A DNA stretch of 64,000 nt from an uncultured Chloroflexia bacterium (GTDB taxonomy: Bacteria; Chloroflexota; Anaerolineae; Caldilineales; Caldilineaceae), in contig CAVQSG010000041.1 of NCBI GenBank assembly GCA_963715415.1, positions 3,885 to 67,884 of the forward strand, given 5' to 3'. A program made the position numbers and the translations under genes. Below are positions 44,404 through 54,224 of this stretch, in pieces (positions within the stretch are counted from its first letter, which is position 1; each line of letters opens with the position of its first letter). The notes beneath the pieces were generated by a model that searched no databases, had not been told where the DNA came from, and saw nothing but the letters and a program-made list of their open reading frames with translations.

Positions 44404-45162
44404 CTAGCGAAAGGCGTCCATCTCCGCAATTCGCTGGATCGAAACGGCCGGCCGTGGCAATGCCTCCGGCATCTGATAGCCGCGGACCACGATTACAGGT
44501 CTTCCTTCGTCGCTCTGTCCCATCAGCAAGCTGGCTGCGCCCGATAATTCGTCGGCGATGCACTCTTCACTGCCGGCCAATTCGTAGCCGAATAGGTCGT
44601 GGAGTCCCCGTTGATCCCATACCGGCGGCAATCCGGCGCAGCCAATGCACGTGCCAACCGTGCCGACGCGCCATGGCCGGCCGTGGCTGTCGTTGATGAG
44701 CACTGCCGGTTCAACACCGGTGAGTTGTAGCAATCGCCCACGAATTCGTGCAGCGCTGGCATCTGAATCTTCCGGCAGCAGCGCAATCCGATCGCTGCCT
44801 TCGACGTTGCTGCGATCGACGCCAGCGTTGGCGCAGATCCAGCCGCTTGACTGTTCCACCACCAGCAGGCCGGGTTTGGCGCGGATGATGTCTCGGCTGT
44901 CGTCGAGCACTGCGGCGACCAATTGCGGATCTTTGTTGGTGATCGCTGCAACCTCCAGGTCCCGCGCGTCAGGCTGCAGGGAATCGAGCCGGATCAGACG
45001 GTCTTCGGCCTTGCTGACGATCTTCTGGGCAATCACGAGAATATCGCCGGCCAGTAGCGTTTCCTGCATGGCCTCAAGACCGGAGACAATCAGAGCCGCC
45101 AAATCGTCACCCGGATTGATCAGTGGAAGACTCTCGACTGCAAAAAGGGTCATTGATGTCAT
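44404..45162 (-). CDS. cofE: Coenzyme F420-0:L-glutamate ligase (CofE)
   Basis: LPLINPGDDLAALI...GDILVIAQKIVSKAEDR...ANAGVDRSN...INDSHGRPWR motifs are present. The start forms an ATGA overlap with the upstream gene. Confidence 0.85.
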   Translation of the reverse strand: MTSMTLFAVESLPLINPGDDLAALIVSGLEAMQETLLAGDILVIAQKIVSKAEDRLIRLDSLQPDARDLEVAAITNKDPQLVAAVLDDSRDIIRAKPGLLVVEQSSGWICANAGVDRSNVEGSDRIALLPEDSDASAARIRGRLLQLTGVEPAVLINDSHGRPWRVGTVGTCIGCAGLPPVWDQRGLHDLFGYELAGSEECIADELSGAASLLMGQSDEGRPVIVVRGYQMPEALPRPAVSIQRIAEMDAFR

Positions 45163-46004
45163 GAGATCGTTCTTTTCATGATTAGTAGTGCTTCCAGAAC
45201 GCCGCCGCCAACAGCGAACGACTTGTCGGACAGCGTAAAACAGTTTTCTGATTGGATCCGCGGATCCAGATCGCCAATCTTCATGCCGGTTAGAACCGGC
45301 ACTGCGGGATGCAGCATGCCGCGCAAAACCCCATCAAACGGCGCCGCCAACACATGTAGACAACCGTCTTCGCTGCGCACACGCGCAATCGTTTCATGCA
45401 TGCGCACGCGCGTGCCGATGGGTGTGTCGTCGACGATTCGGCCATCCACGGGCGATCGCAACACGCGACTGTCAACCGCATTGAGGCCCGGCAGCGCTCC
45501 CGGTCGTCCGGTATCGGGTTCCGGCCCGCCACGCCAAATGACGCGTCCAAGATTGTGGCCCCGATTGGTTTCTACAACCGCATGACAGTCCACCCCGGCT
45601 GTGAAACCCGGGCCCAATGCAATGACAATCGGCGCATCATCGATTGCCGTACCGAGATTCCGTTTGGCCATGATGCCGTCGATGACGGCCCGCGGGCGCA
45701 GGGTGCGCACCAGCTTCGCGTCAGGGTCAACGATTACGGGGATCTCTCGCCGTAGATAGGCACGATCATCGGCAAGGCGTATGGCCGCGTCTTCGGCGAC
45801 ACAACGCGCGGAGACACCTTCGACGACGACATCTGAACTATATACAGCTTCAGCAAATGCGACCGTGCGCCGCACGGCCAGCGGCGCTGCCAGCTCCGTC
45901 ATCATGAGGTCAAAGCCGGCTCGATGCAGACGTACAGCCACACCGGTCGCCAGATCGCCGGCGCCTTTGACGATCACCAGATCGTCCGACAGTCGTTGGT
46001 TCAT
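45159..46004 (-). CDS. YqeB-family selenium-dependent molybdenum hydroxylase system protein
   Basis: VIVKGAGDLATGVAVRLHRAGFDLMMTELAAPLAVRRTVAFAEAVY matches my recollection of the YqeB-family N-terminus. Confidence 0.6.
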   Translation of the reverse strand: MNQRLSDDLVIVKGAGDLATGVAVRLHRAGFDLMMTELAAPLAVRRTVAFAEAVYSSDVVVEGVSARCVAEDAAIRLADDRAYLRREIPVIVDPDAKLVRTLRPRAVIDGIMAKRNLGTAIDDAPIVIALGPGFTAGVDCHAVVETNRGHNLGRVIWRGGPEPDTGRPGALPGLNAVDSRVLRSPVDGRIVDDTPIGTRVRMHETIARVRSEDGCLHVLAAPFDGVLRGMLHPAVPVLTGMKIGDLDPRIQSENCFTLSDKSFAVGGGVLEALLIMKRTIS

Positions 46005-46043
46005 ACGCCGCCCTGGCTTTCAGTCGCACAGATGCAGCACATG

Positions 46044-47411
46044 TTAACCTGCAGCCGGGACAAAGCGGTAGCCGCGCCCACGCTCGTTTTCGATCGTGCC
46101 GACAGGAGGGGTTGCCGTGGCCAGCTGCAGACGCAAGCGGCGTATGGCTTCCTGCACACGCCGGGGCGAGGCATCGGGGCGTTTCCAGACGTCGGTCAAG
46201 AGTTGCTCGGGCGAAACGATGGCATTGCTGCGTACGCGCAGATATCGCAGCAGCGCTTCTTCCGTCTTGGTCAACTCCGCGTAGATCGGCAGCGATTCCA
46301 GGGGAACGCCGGACGGCGCCGCCGGAACCGCAACCTGCGCTACCGTCAGCCTCGATTCGATGAATTCTGCGAAGAGCGGCGAATAGAGCTTGTAGCCCCC
46401 CTCGCTGAAGATAACCACCGCCTGGTTGATCAGCCAGTTCATCAGCATCGTCTGTTGAGGAACGAGTTCGGAAGCCGGCAGCGGCGACTGTGCAAGCTGG
46501 GCCAACAGGGTTTCGATCATTTCGGGCGTGCCGCGCTGTGGTTTTTGCAGTTGACGCCACTGCGTTGCGAAAAGCAGACGTCCGTGCTCGGCAAGACGCA
46601 ATCGGATCAGATCGCCATGTTCAACACCGATGATCTGGCCGGGCGCAAGATATTGTTGCACTTCGGCAACGATGTCACCGATACGACGTAGGAGAAAGGG
46701 GTGTGTGCCTGTAAGTTCCAGCAATAGATCGCCCAATTCGTGGATCGCCGGAAACTGCTCGGCATATGATTCGATCCAGCTACGGGCCGCCGTCGCTTCG
46801 ATCAGGCCGATATAGAGCTGCGTCATCACATTGAAGAGTGGCGACGCCGCCAAATCCCGATCCAGATCGTGCAGAGGTTGTTGTGACGCCACCACCAACG
46901 CCAGTTCCAAGGTCAACGGTCGCAACTCGTCGGCACTCTCGCGGCTGATCAACTGGTCTTCGAAGACACGGTCAAAGTTGTCCATCATGATGACCAGTCG
47001 GTAGCCCATTTGGTTGAGCTGTCGACCGATGAGCCAGGCTTGACGCGCATCGCCCGATTGCTTCTCGATGGTAGACCAGTCCAATTCAATGCGTTCCTGT
47101 TCTTCGAGCTGTTGGCGTAAATGCTGCAGCAGGTACCCGAGCAGGTTTTCACGCACATCTTGCCAACTACAATCGACCATGCTGACGATGATGTTGACCC
47201 CATCGTCAAAAGCGGGCGGCCTCCAGGGTGCGTTTTCCTCGCTCAGCAGCGGTCCATCAGCGGACGCCAGGTGTTGAAGGAGGCTCGACTTGCCCGTGTA
47301 TTTTGTGCCGACCAATGTGAAACTTCCCGGTTGCGATCCAAGCACACCGGACGTGATCTCGCGTAACACACGCTGCCGTCCATAGAAGTGGTTTCTCGGT
47401 GCGTCCATCAT
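46044..47411 (-). CDS. P-loop ATPase (STAND/Arch_ATPase-like) with a C-terminal OmpR/PhoB-type winged-helix DNA-binding domain
   Basis: FYGRQRVLREI...LVGTKYTGKSSLLQHL is Walker A and LVIMMDNFD is Walker B. The C-terminal LTKTEEALLRYLRVRSNAIVSPEQLLTDVW...RRLRLQL...ENERGRGYRF is trans_reg_C-like. The start ATG at 47409-47411 overlaps the upstream TGA (ATGA). Confidence 0.8.
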   Translation of the reverse strand: MMDAPRNHFYGRQRVLREITSGVLGSQPGSFTLVGTKYTGKSSLLQHLASADGPLLSEENAPWRPPAFDDGVNIIVSMVDCSWQDVRENLLGYLLQHLRQQLEEQERIELDWSTIEKQSGDARQAWLIGRQLNQMGYRLVIMMDNFDRVFEDQLISRESADELRPLTLELALVVASQQPLHDLDRDLAASPLFNVMTQLYIGLIEATAARSWIESYAEQFPAIHELGDLLLELTGTHPFLLRRIGDIVAEVQQYLAPGQIIGVEHGDLIRLRLAEHGRLLFATQWRQLQKPQRGTPEMIETLLAQLAQSPLPASELVPQQTMLMNWLINQAVVIFSEGGYKLYSPLFAEFIESRLTVAQVAVPAAPSGVPLESLPIYAELTKTEEALLRYLRVRSNAIVSPEQLLTDVWKRPDASPRRVQEAIRRLRLQLATATPPVGTIENERGRGYRFVPAAG

Positions 47412-50400
47412 GAATCCCCCAACCGATCGCTGTTTTGTTGCACAAGCGCATTTGTCGCCAACCATTGCTGGAAGAGCAAGTTGGCAAATTGCCAGCCCTG
47501 TTCCGCCCCTGACTCTGTATACACGACGATGTCCTGTGAAGACAGCTTGTACAACGTGCTCTCCACCAGATCGCGGTCGATGTCGGGCATGGCTGCGGCC
47601 AGCTGATCGATAGTGACTATGCTGTCCAGATTGTCACCCGAGATCAATGCGAGGACTTGAACGACAGTATGTCCAATGCCGTGGACGAGATCGAGCAGGT
47701 GTGAAAAGAGGCTCTCGTTGGGCTCCATAAATTCGCCGAGCACAGTTTCCACATCCTCCCACATGACTTGCCGTCGATCCAGGCGCGTCATGTGGCTGAC
47801 AAGTTTGAAGCAGAATGCCTGAATGAAAAAGGGGCTACCCCCGGTCAGACGGGCCACAACGTCGACCGTCTCCGGCGTATACTCCAGGAAGTTGCGGATT
47901 GGCCATTCAATGAGCCGGCGCACATCATCCTGGTTGAGTTGACGCAATGCCAACTGTTCGCCCAGTTCCAACAACTCCCAGATAGGGTCGATGTCGGTCT
48001 GGGCACGCTGTACAGTCAACATGTCGTAGCTCTTCTGTTGCACAACCGTCACATAGCTGATCATCGGCATCGTCGCCAGCATGACGCCGCGCCATTGGTG
48101 AAAGAAGCTGTCGTCAAGCCGTTTTTGGTGGAATGCGTCGATCGTCCGGCTGAATTCGTCCAGCAGCAGAACCAGACGACGCGCACCCAGTTTTCGTTGG
48201 ATGCTGCGCAAATAGGCGATGAATTGGCCACGTGGGTCGTGATCAAAGCGCTCGCGCAGAGGCGGTCCCCATTCGACCAACCGCGCTTCCCCCCGGCCAC
48301 CGTCGAGCAGCAGTTCATTGTAAACCGCGCCGGCCACGTCAAAGAAGATGCTGTGACCGTCCATATTGCTCAAAAGCTGAAAATCCACGAAGACCGGCAC
48401 GCAGCCGTGGTCTTCCAGATGGAAACGTTTGAGGTGGAGCAGTAGAGACGTCTTTCCGACGCGTTTCTGCCCGCGTAGCCAGACGCTGCCCGCGCCGCTC
48501 TGCAGCCAGTCGACAATCCGCGAAAGATCGCGGGCGCGACCAAAGAACATCTGCCGCTCGTGGACCGGCAGCCGGCTGTAGGGGTTGACCGCACCGACAG
48601 CCTGTCGGCTCAGGATCTCCTCCTGCTCAGAAGGTGGCAGGCTCATGGCCTGGACATTGTCGATGCTTCGATCGGGGAGCGTACGTAGTGCGGTGGCGAT
48701 GGCGTCGACCACGTCGATACTTTCGGCTTCCACCGTGAAGCGTAGGCTGGCAATGCCGCGACGGGCAACAGCCTCGACTCTGTGGAGTTGTACCCGGGGC
48801 AACCGTGCATAGATCTGCGCAATTGCATCGCCGAGCAGGCCATCGTCGTTGAGCGCAGTCATTTCGATTCGGGCCAGCGCGTTGTGCTGGGGCTGCAAAC
48901 GCCATTTTAAGGGAATCCATTCGACCGGATTGTCTCTCTGGCCGACCATTTTGACACAGTCGCTGCGATGGACCTTGAGCCCGGTGAGCACACCGCGACG
49001 GCGCAACGGGCGTCCCACAATGTCCTCACCCGGTCGCGGCAGACAGCATTGGGCCAGTTGCAGTTGATGAGGACGCAGCCTGAGCTCGCGAGGTAGACGA
49101 ATTTGGCGCCGGACCTGGTCGGCGAAGTAGGCATGCAACATCCGGTCGGCCGCCCAATGACCGCCGCGATCTCGGCGAAGAGCTCTTCCACCCGGGTCAG
49201 CTGCAGCCTATGCATCGATTGTTCGATGGCCCGGTTGACTTGGTGATCCGGCATATTAAAGCCGAAGTGGTCTTCGAGCGCCTTCCGTCGTTGGTCCACG
49301 ACCCGCTGGCCCTGGTAAGCGCCTTGTCCCATCCGCTTGAGATGTTTCTCGATATTGCTTCGGGCTCGATTCGTCTGCGCCGCGTCGAGCCATGCCTGTG
49401 TCGGCCCCGGAGAAAGCGGGTCGTGTTCAAGTTCGATCAGGTCCAGATGGTGTAAGAGCGTACCCGGTTGGGCTGGTTGTCCATTAACATAGAATCTTGA
49501 GCAGCGATCCGCCAACTCGGAATGGACATTGTAGGCGTAGTCAATGACCGTGCTCCCACGCTGAAACTTGAAAAGCTGACCGTGGGGGCTAAATACATAG
49601 AGCGTATCCGGCAGTGAACCGAGGGCAGCGGAGATGATTCCTGCATAACCCTCCTCGGCATTTTGCCACCAGCCGGCGGGTAGTGGGCCTGCCGTCCGGC
49701 CACGAATGGTAAAGGCGGCCAAGCCCCAGTGGTTCACTTCGTTCATGGCATAGGTGGCAATGCGCAGGTTGATGCGCACCCGGCGCGCGTCGAGCTTTGA
49801 TGCCTCTTTGATTTCATCGATGGCCATGTCCGCAGGCGTAAAGGTCAACGCGGCCGGGACCATGACACCGGTGGAAATGCCGCGATATCCGTTGAGGCGT
49901 CCGGCGCCGATATTGTCGGCCAGTCCGTTTTCGACGGGCATAAAAAGCCGATGTACCAAGTAGAGTGCATGATAGCAAGCAGCTTCATCACCGACCAGGA
50001 TCCCGATGGTCGGTACTTTTGCATTGCGTTGTGTGACGTAGGCAGTATTCGACGCGTCAAAGTTGTGCGTTTGTGTGTTTTGTGTATTAAATTCTGCCTG
50101 TGGCAGCAGAATCGCAAGGTGTTCGACCACGGCGCCGAGCAGTTTCTGGATCTCGCGCTCCGTTTCGCTCTGGTCGGACAATCGTCCGACCATCCATTCA
50201 GCCAGTTGCCCACGCAGCCGGCGCATGCCCAACATTTCCAAGTAAGGCCCGAGCAATTGTGTGGCCTCATCATGAAAGGGTAGGAGCTTGCGGTCAGCCG
50301 TCGCGTGCACGTTCGAAGCGACGCCACAGTACAGCAGCCTGCAGCAAAGCCAGGTCTGTGTCCCGATAGGCCGCGCAATAGGCACGGATGCGCTGATAGG

Positions 50401-50806
50401 TGAGTCGACTGCCCTGCCAGTGCGCCGGCATTGCCAGTAATTCTGCAGGATCCGCTGGGAAATCAGTCGTCTGCGGTTGTGCCGGGATGGAAGCAAGTCG
50501 TGCGCCCGACAGGTTGTATTCACTGACCGGCGCAGCCAGGCACACAAAATCCCGGCATAATTGAGCAACTTGTGGATGACAGACCTCGGCGATCTGCACG
50601 GAGGTCACGGCGCCGAGACAGACGGCTTTGTGCAGCAAGGCCGCGGATTGCAACAATTCATCCGCCCCCCAACATTCCAAAACGCCGGCGACGGCTTGCC
50701 CCTCCCGGCAGGCGTCTACGACCGTTGGGAGCGCACCACGGCTCTCGAGTGACGCACAGAGTTCGCGCGCATCCGATAAAATTGTTTCCTCTGGCTTCAT
50801 GTACAT
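47408..50806 (-). pseudogene. RelA/SpoT-homologue scaffold (HD-like, synthetase-like, TGS, Cys-rich ZFD, ACT) fused to a C-terminal P-loop ATPase; frame interruptions near 50298 and 49155
   Basis: The HD-like region reads AVAGVLECWGADELLQSAALLHKAV. The synthetase-like region reads CYHALYLVHRLFMPV..NGYRGISTGV..RINLRIATYAMNEVNHWGLAAF. The TGS region is YVFSPHGQLFKFQRGSTVIDYAYNVHSELADRCSRFYVNGQP and the ZFD region is LAQCCLPRPGEDIVGR..LKVHRSDC. The ACT region is ARIEMTALNDDGLLGDAIAQI. The ATPase has FFGRARDLSRIVDWL..LRGQKRVGKTSLLLHL and LVLLLDEF. Confidence 0.75.
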
Positions 50807-50864
50807 ATATCACGACATCTATACTCGAAACACAATTCTCGGTGAGTAATGTGTATTTTGGGGG

Positions 50865-50893
50865 TTGACATTGTGTGTTACGTGTGTTACTAT
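50865..50893 (+). promoter_or_regulatory. Near-consensus sigma70-type promoter (TTGACA, 17 nt spacer, TACTAT)
   Basis: TTGACA is at 50865-50870 and TACTAT at 50888-50893 in an AT-rich divergent intergenic region. It lies about 180 nt upstream of the first small ORF. Confidence 0.5.
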
Positions 50894-51071
50894 TCGGTCG
50901 CATGTGGGACACAGCGCATCCACAATATACATGATGGATACAGGTTCTGCAAGCATCAACCACACATTTTGCTCTCGGCTTGCCTGTGGATTGTCGCCCG
51001 TAAAAGGCCGGCAACCGCCGAATCACCCAGGCAACGGACGGCAGGGAGCGAAGCGGGAAAGGAGGTGTGCC

Positions 51072-51287
51072 ATGTTCGTCAGCATGAAAGACTATGAGGT
51101 AGCCCGTGAGCGAGGCCGGGAGTTTGCTCGGCAGGCACGGGAGGAGAATCGGGCTCGTACTCTTACAGGCGGGTTTCGATTCGGTCGGCAGGTTGACCGC
51201 GTGGGGCGAATGGTCGGCGCCGGGGTGCGAAGTTTCTTTGAACGCCTTGCACCGGTAGAAAGGGGCGGGAATCGCCGTTACGCCTGA
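51072..51287 (+). CDS. Small Arg-rich hypothetical protein (71 aa)
   Basis: An AAGGAGG SD lies 7 nt upstream of the ATG. The protein is MFVSMKDYEVARERGREFARQAREENRAR... Confidence 0.5.
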   Translation: MFVSMKDYEVARERGREFARQAREENRARTLTGGFRFGRQVDRVGRMVGAGVRSFFERLAPVERGGNRRYA

Positions 51288-51377
51288 GGTGCGCGTCCGA
51301 GTCAGCGACCGGAACGCACGCGGCAAGTACCTATCACTGCAGCAGGCAACAGTGCGAATCGGTCCTAGGAGGACGTC

Positions 51378-51575
51378 ATGTATCACTGGAACGCATATCT
51401 TGAACTTGATCTCCATCGTCTTCGCGAAGAAGAATTGGCACGAAAGTGGGCCAGGCGCAGCCGGTATCGGCAAACCCAGCGGTCCCGCTGGAAGGGCATG
51501 CAACTGATCGAAGCGATGCGGAAGCAACGACAACATGGCCGGCGTAAGCTCAATCTTGGCCGCTCGGCTGTATAG
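51378..51575 (+). CDS. Small basic hypothetical protein (65 aa)
   Basis: An AGGAGG SD lies 5 nt upstream of the ATG. The protein is MYHWNAYLELDLHRLREEELARKWARRSRYR... Confidence 0.5.
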   Translation: MYHWNAYLELDLHRLREEELARKWARRSRYRQTQRSRWKGMQLIEAMRKQRQHGRRKLNLGRSAV

Positions 51576-51630
51576 ACCACCCGATTGCGTTGCGACGTAA
51601 ATCAATGTGAATCGACGTGGAGGGGACACC

Positions 51631-51837
51631 ATGAACCAGATGTACAACCAGTTGCCCTTGGCGCAAGCAATGATGCCCGGGCTCTTCAACAGCGCACAGA
51701 AGGCCTCCCAGGAGTCTTCGGGGCTCGGGCGTCGGCTTGCCGCCCACGTCGGAAACGTACTCGTCGCTATCGGCAAGCGCCTACAGGTGACTGAGCCAAC
51801 TCCGGCGCTCAATACCTCTCACCGGCAGGCGGTATAG
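51631..51837 (+). CDS. Small hypothetical protein (68 aa)
   Basis: A GGAGGGG SD lies 5 nt upstream of the ATG at 51631. The protein is MNQMYNQLPLAQAMMPGLFNSAQK... Confidence 0.45.
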   Translation: MNQMYNQLPLAQAMMPGLFNSAQKASQESSGLGRRLAAHVGNVLVAIGKRLQVTEPTPALNTSHRQAV

Positions 51838-51915
51838 GAAGCCGGTACAAGCACGTTGGCGACCGGCATCAATGACGATGAGCGGTTCAAAAATATAGAA
51901 TACTCCTTTCGATGG

Positions 51916-51957
51916 AACGACTCGGCTATCTCTCCCGGTAGCCGAGTCGTTTTGTTT
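51916..51957 (+). terminator. Rho-independent terminator after the small-ORF cassette
   Basis: The perfect 13-bp stem AACGACTCGGCTA/TAGCCGAGTCGTT has a 10-nt loop and is followed by TTGTTT. Confidence 0.7.
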
Positions 51958-52069
51958 CTGAGACGCGACGCCGGAGAATCTCGCATAGATCGCCTGTTGT
52001 CGCCATGTCCTATGAATCCCGGGACATCTGTCACATGTAGTCACGCACGATGCACAGTATGCTTGAAAC

Positions 52070-52103
52070 GCAACCAAATGCATCAAATGCAACCGAATGC
52101 ATC
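52070..52103 (+). promoter_or_regulatory. Direct repeat GCAACC(A/G)AATGCATC x2 (19-bp period), a candidate operator upstream of the HTH-PocR gene
   Basis: The copies are at 52070-52084 and 52089-52103. Each contains the palindrome ATGCAT. They lie 20-60 nt upstream of the start codon. Confidence 0.3.
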
Positions 52104-52122
52104 TAGAGCCTACAGGTGAAAT

Positions 52123-52903
52123 GTGCTGACCATGTCCAACTTCTATACGACTCGACAGTTGCAGGAACTGCTTCAGGTTGACCGTACGACGATCTATCGT
52201 ATGGCTGATGCCGGCCGCGTGCCGGCGGTCAAAGTCGGCAACCAGTGGCGATTTCCCGCGCCACGACGTGGAGTCTTGGCTGAAGACACGGAATGGTGTC
52301 GCACCGTCAAGTGCGGCCGGCGCAACGGGGGAGACGACCCAGGCCGTGGAGGGGTTGCGCAAGCTATTGCCGCTTGAGTGTGTGCAGCTCATTCAAAACA
52401 CCTTTGCGGACGTTCTGGGGGTCATGGTTCTCATCACCGATCTGGACGGCGAACCGGTGACCGAACCGAGCAATCCCTGTGGCTTGTTCACGGCAGCCGA
52501 ATCCTCGCCGGAAGCGCGGAAGCGATGTATGCAGTTGTGGGCGGAGTTGGCGCGCGATCCTGCAATGCAGCCCCAATTTATCCAAAGTCATGTTGGGCTG
52601 CTATGCGCCCGGGGACTGATACGGGTGGGCAGCGAACTGAAAGCCATGCTGGTCGTAGGTGGAATCGCGCCCGAACAATGGCCGCCCAGTGACCAGCAAC
52701 TGGCCCGCATTGCGGCCGATCTACAGTTGCCGGAGGAGTTGTTGCGCCGGCACATCGATGATGTCTTCGTGATCGCACGTGATGAACAGAAGCGGCTGCT
52801 GGCTTTTGTGCAGCGCATCGCCGACATCGTTTCGCACATCATTCAGGAGCGAAATCAGTTCTATTCGACGCTCCATCACATAGCGGCCTTAACCAAAATC
52901 TAG
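52123..52903 (+). pseudogene. Excisionase/MerR-type HTH fused to a PocR sensory domain; 1-nt frame interruption near 52258 in a TTTCCC run
   Basis: YTTRQLQELLQVDRTTIYRMADAGRVPAVKVGNQWRFP continues in the next frame as RHDVESWL. It is followed by LIQNTFADVLGVMVLITDLDGEPVTEPSNPCGLF (PocR-like). The start is either 52123 (GTG) or 52132 (ATG). Confidence 0.7.
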
Positions 52904-52975
52904 TCGATCACGTATCCAAGTGCTATCAGGCGCCCCTTTTTTGAGCGCCATTTGTGAATAAAGGAGCAAACCGCG

Positions 52976-54211
52976 ATGAAGAAGTTGTTGATCCTCGGCG
53001 CCGGGACGGCCGGCACCATGGTCGCCAATCGACTCTCCCACGAGCTGGATCCATCTGAGTGGCAGATCACGATCGTGGACCAGGATGAAGTTCACTATTA
53101 CCAGCCGGGTTTCTTGTTCATTCCCTTTGGTACCTACGCCAAGGCAGATGTGGTCAAACCCAAGCGGGATTATCTTCCGATGGGCATCGAGATCATTATC
53201 TCCGAGATCGAGGCCATCGAAAGCGGACCACAATCGGGTTCGCATCAAGAAGGACAATCGTTACCTCAATTACGACTATCTCATCATTGCCACCGGATCG
53301 CGCACGGTTCCCGAAGAGACGCCGGGACTGGAAGAGCATGAATGGCGCAAGAGCATCTTCGATTTCTACACGGTTGACGGCGCCGTTGCTCTTCACCGCT
53401 TTCTGCGCACATGGGAGGGTGGGCGTCTGGTCCTCAACGTGGCCGAAATGCCCATCAAGTGCCCGGTCGCGCCGCTGGAATTCCTCTTCCTGGCCGACTA
53501 CTACTTCCACCAGCAGGGCATGCGGGACCGCGTCGAACTGACACTGGCGACACCGTTGCCCGCTGCGTTTCACCAAGCCCATAGCGGCCGGTCTGCTAGG
53601 CGACATTCTGGAACAGAAGGGCATCAACGTCGTGACCGAGTTCAATATCGAGCGCGTGGAACCTGACGAGAAAGCCATCTATTCCTACGACGAACGGAAA
53701 ATCGACTATGACCTTCTGGTGAGTGTGCCGGTCAACATGGGGTCAGAGGTCATTGAACGCTCAGGGCATGGGGGACGATTTGATGTTCGTGCCGACGGAG
53801 AAGCACACGCTGAAGGCGCAAGAACACGACAACATCTTTGTGCTCGGGGATGCAACAGATCTGCCCAGCTCCAAAGCCGGGTCCGTGGCCCACTTCCAGG
53901 TGGATGTCTTCATCGACAACTTCCTGCGCTATCTCGATGGGCTGGATCTGCGCCCGACTTTTGACGGCCATGCCAATTGTTACATCGAATCCGGTTTCGG
54001 CAAGGGCTTCCTGATCGATTTCAACTACGACGTCGAACCACTGCCGGGCAAGTTCCCGTTGCCTGGCGTCGGACCCTTTTCACTGCTTCAAGAATCGAAG
54101 GTCAACCACTGGGGCAAGATGATGTTTCGCTGGGTCTACTGGAACATTCTACTCAAGGGCAAGGAATTGCCGATTCCGGCTCAGATGAGCATGGCCGGGA
54201 AATGGCAGTAA
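52976..54211 (+). pseudogene. Sulfide:quinone oxidoreductase-like NAD(P)/FAD-dependent oxidoreductase; about 3 frame interruptions (near 53225, 53572 and 53765)
   Basis: MKKLLILGAGTAGTMVANRL is the FAD Rossmann motif. LIIATGS, CPVAPLEFLFLADYY, IFVLGDATDLPSSKAGSVAHFQ and HANCYIESGFGKG are spread over four successive frames. Confidence 0.75.
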
Positions 54212-54224
54212 GGGAGAAAAGATC

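Noticed and set aside
50658-51812. 384-aa minus-strand ORF spanning the divergent intergenic region
   Set aside because: It is rich in Cys, Pro and Arg and has no SD. It crosses an AT-rich promoter region and overlaps three plus-strand small ORFs that each have strong SD sequences.
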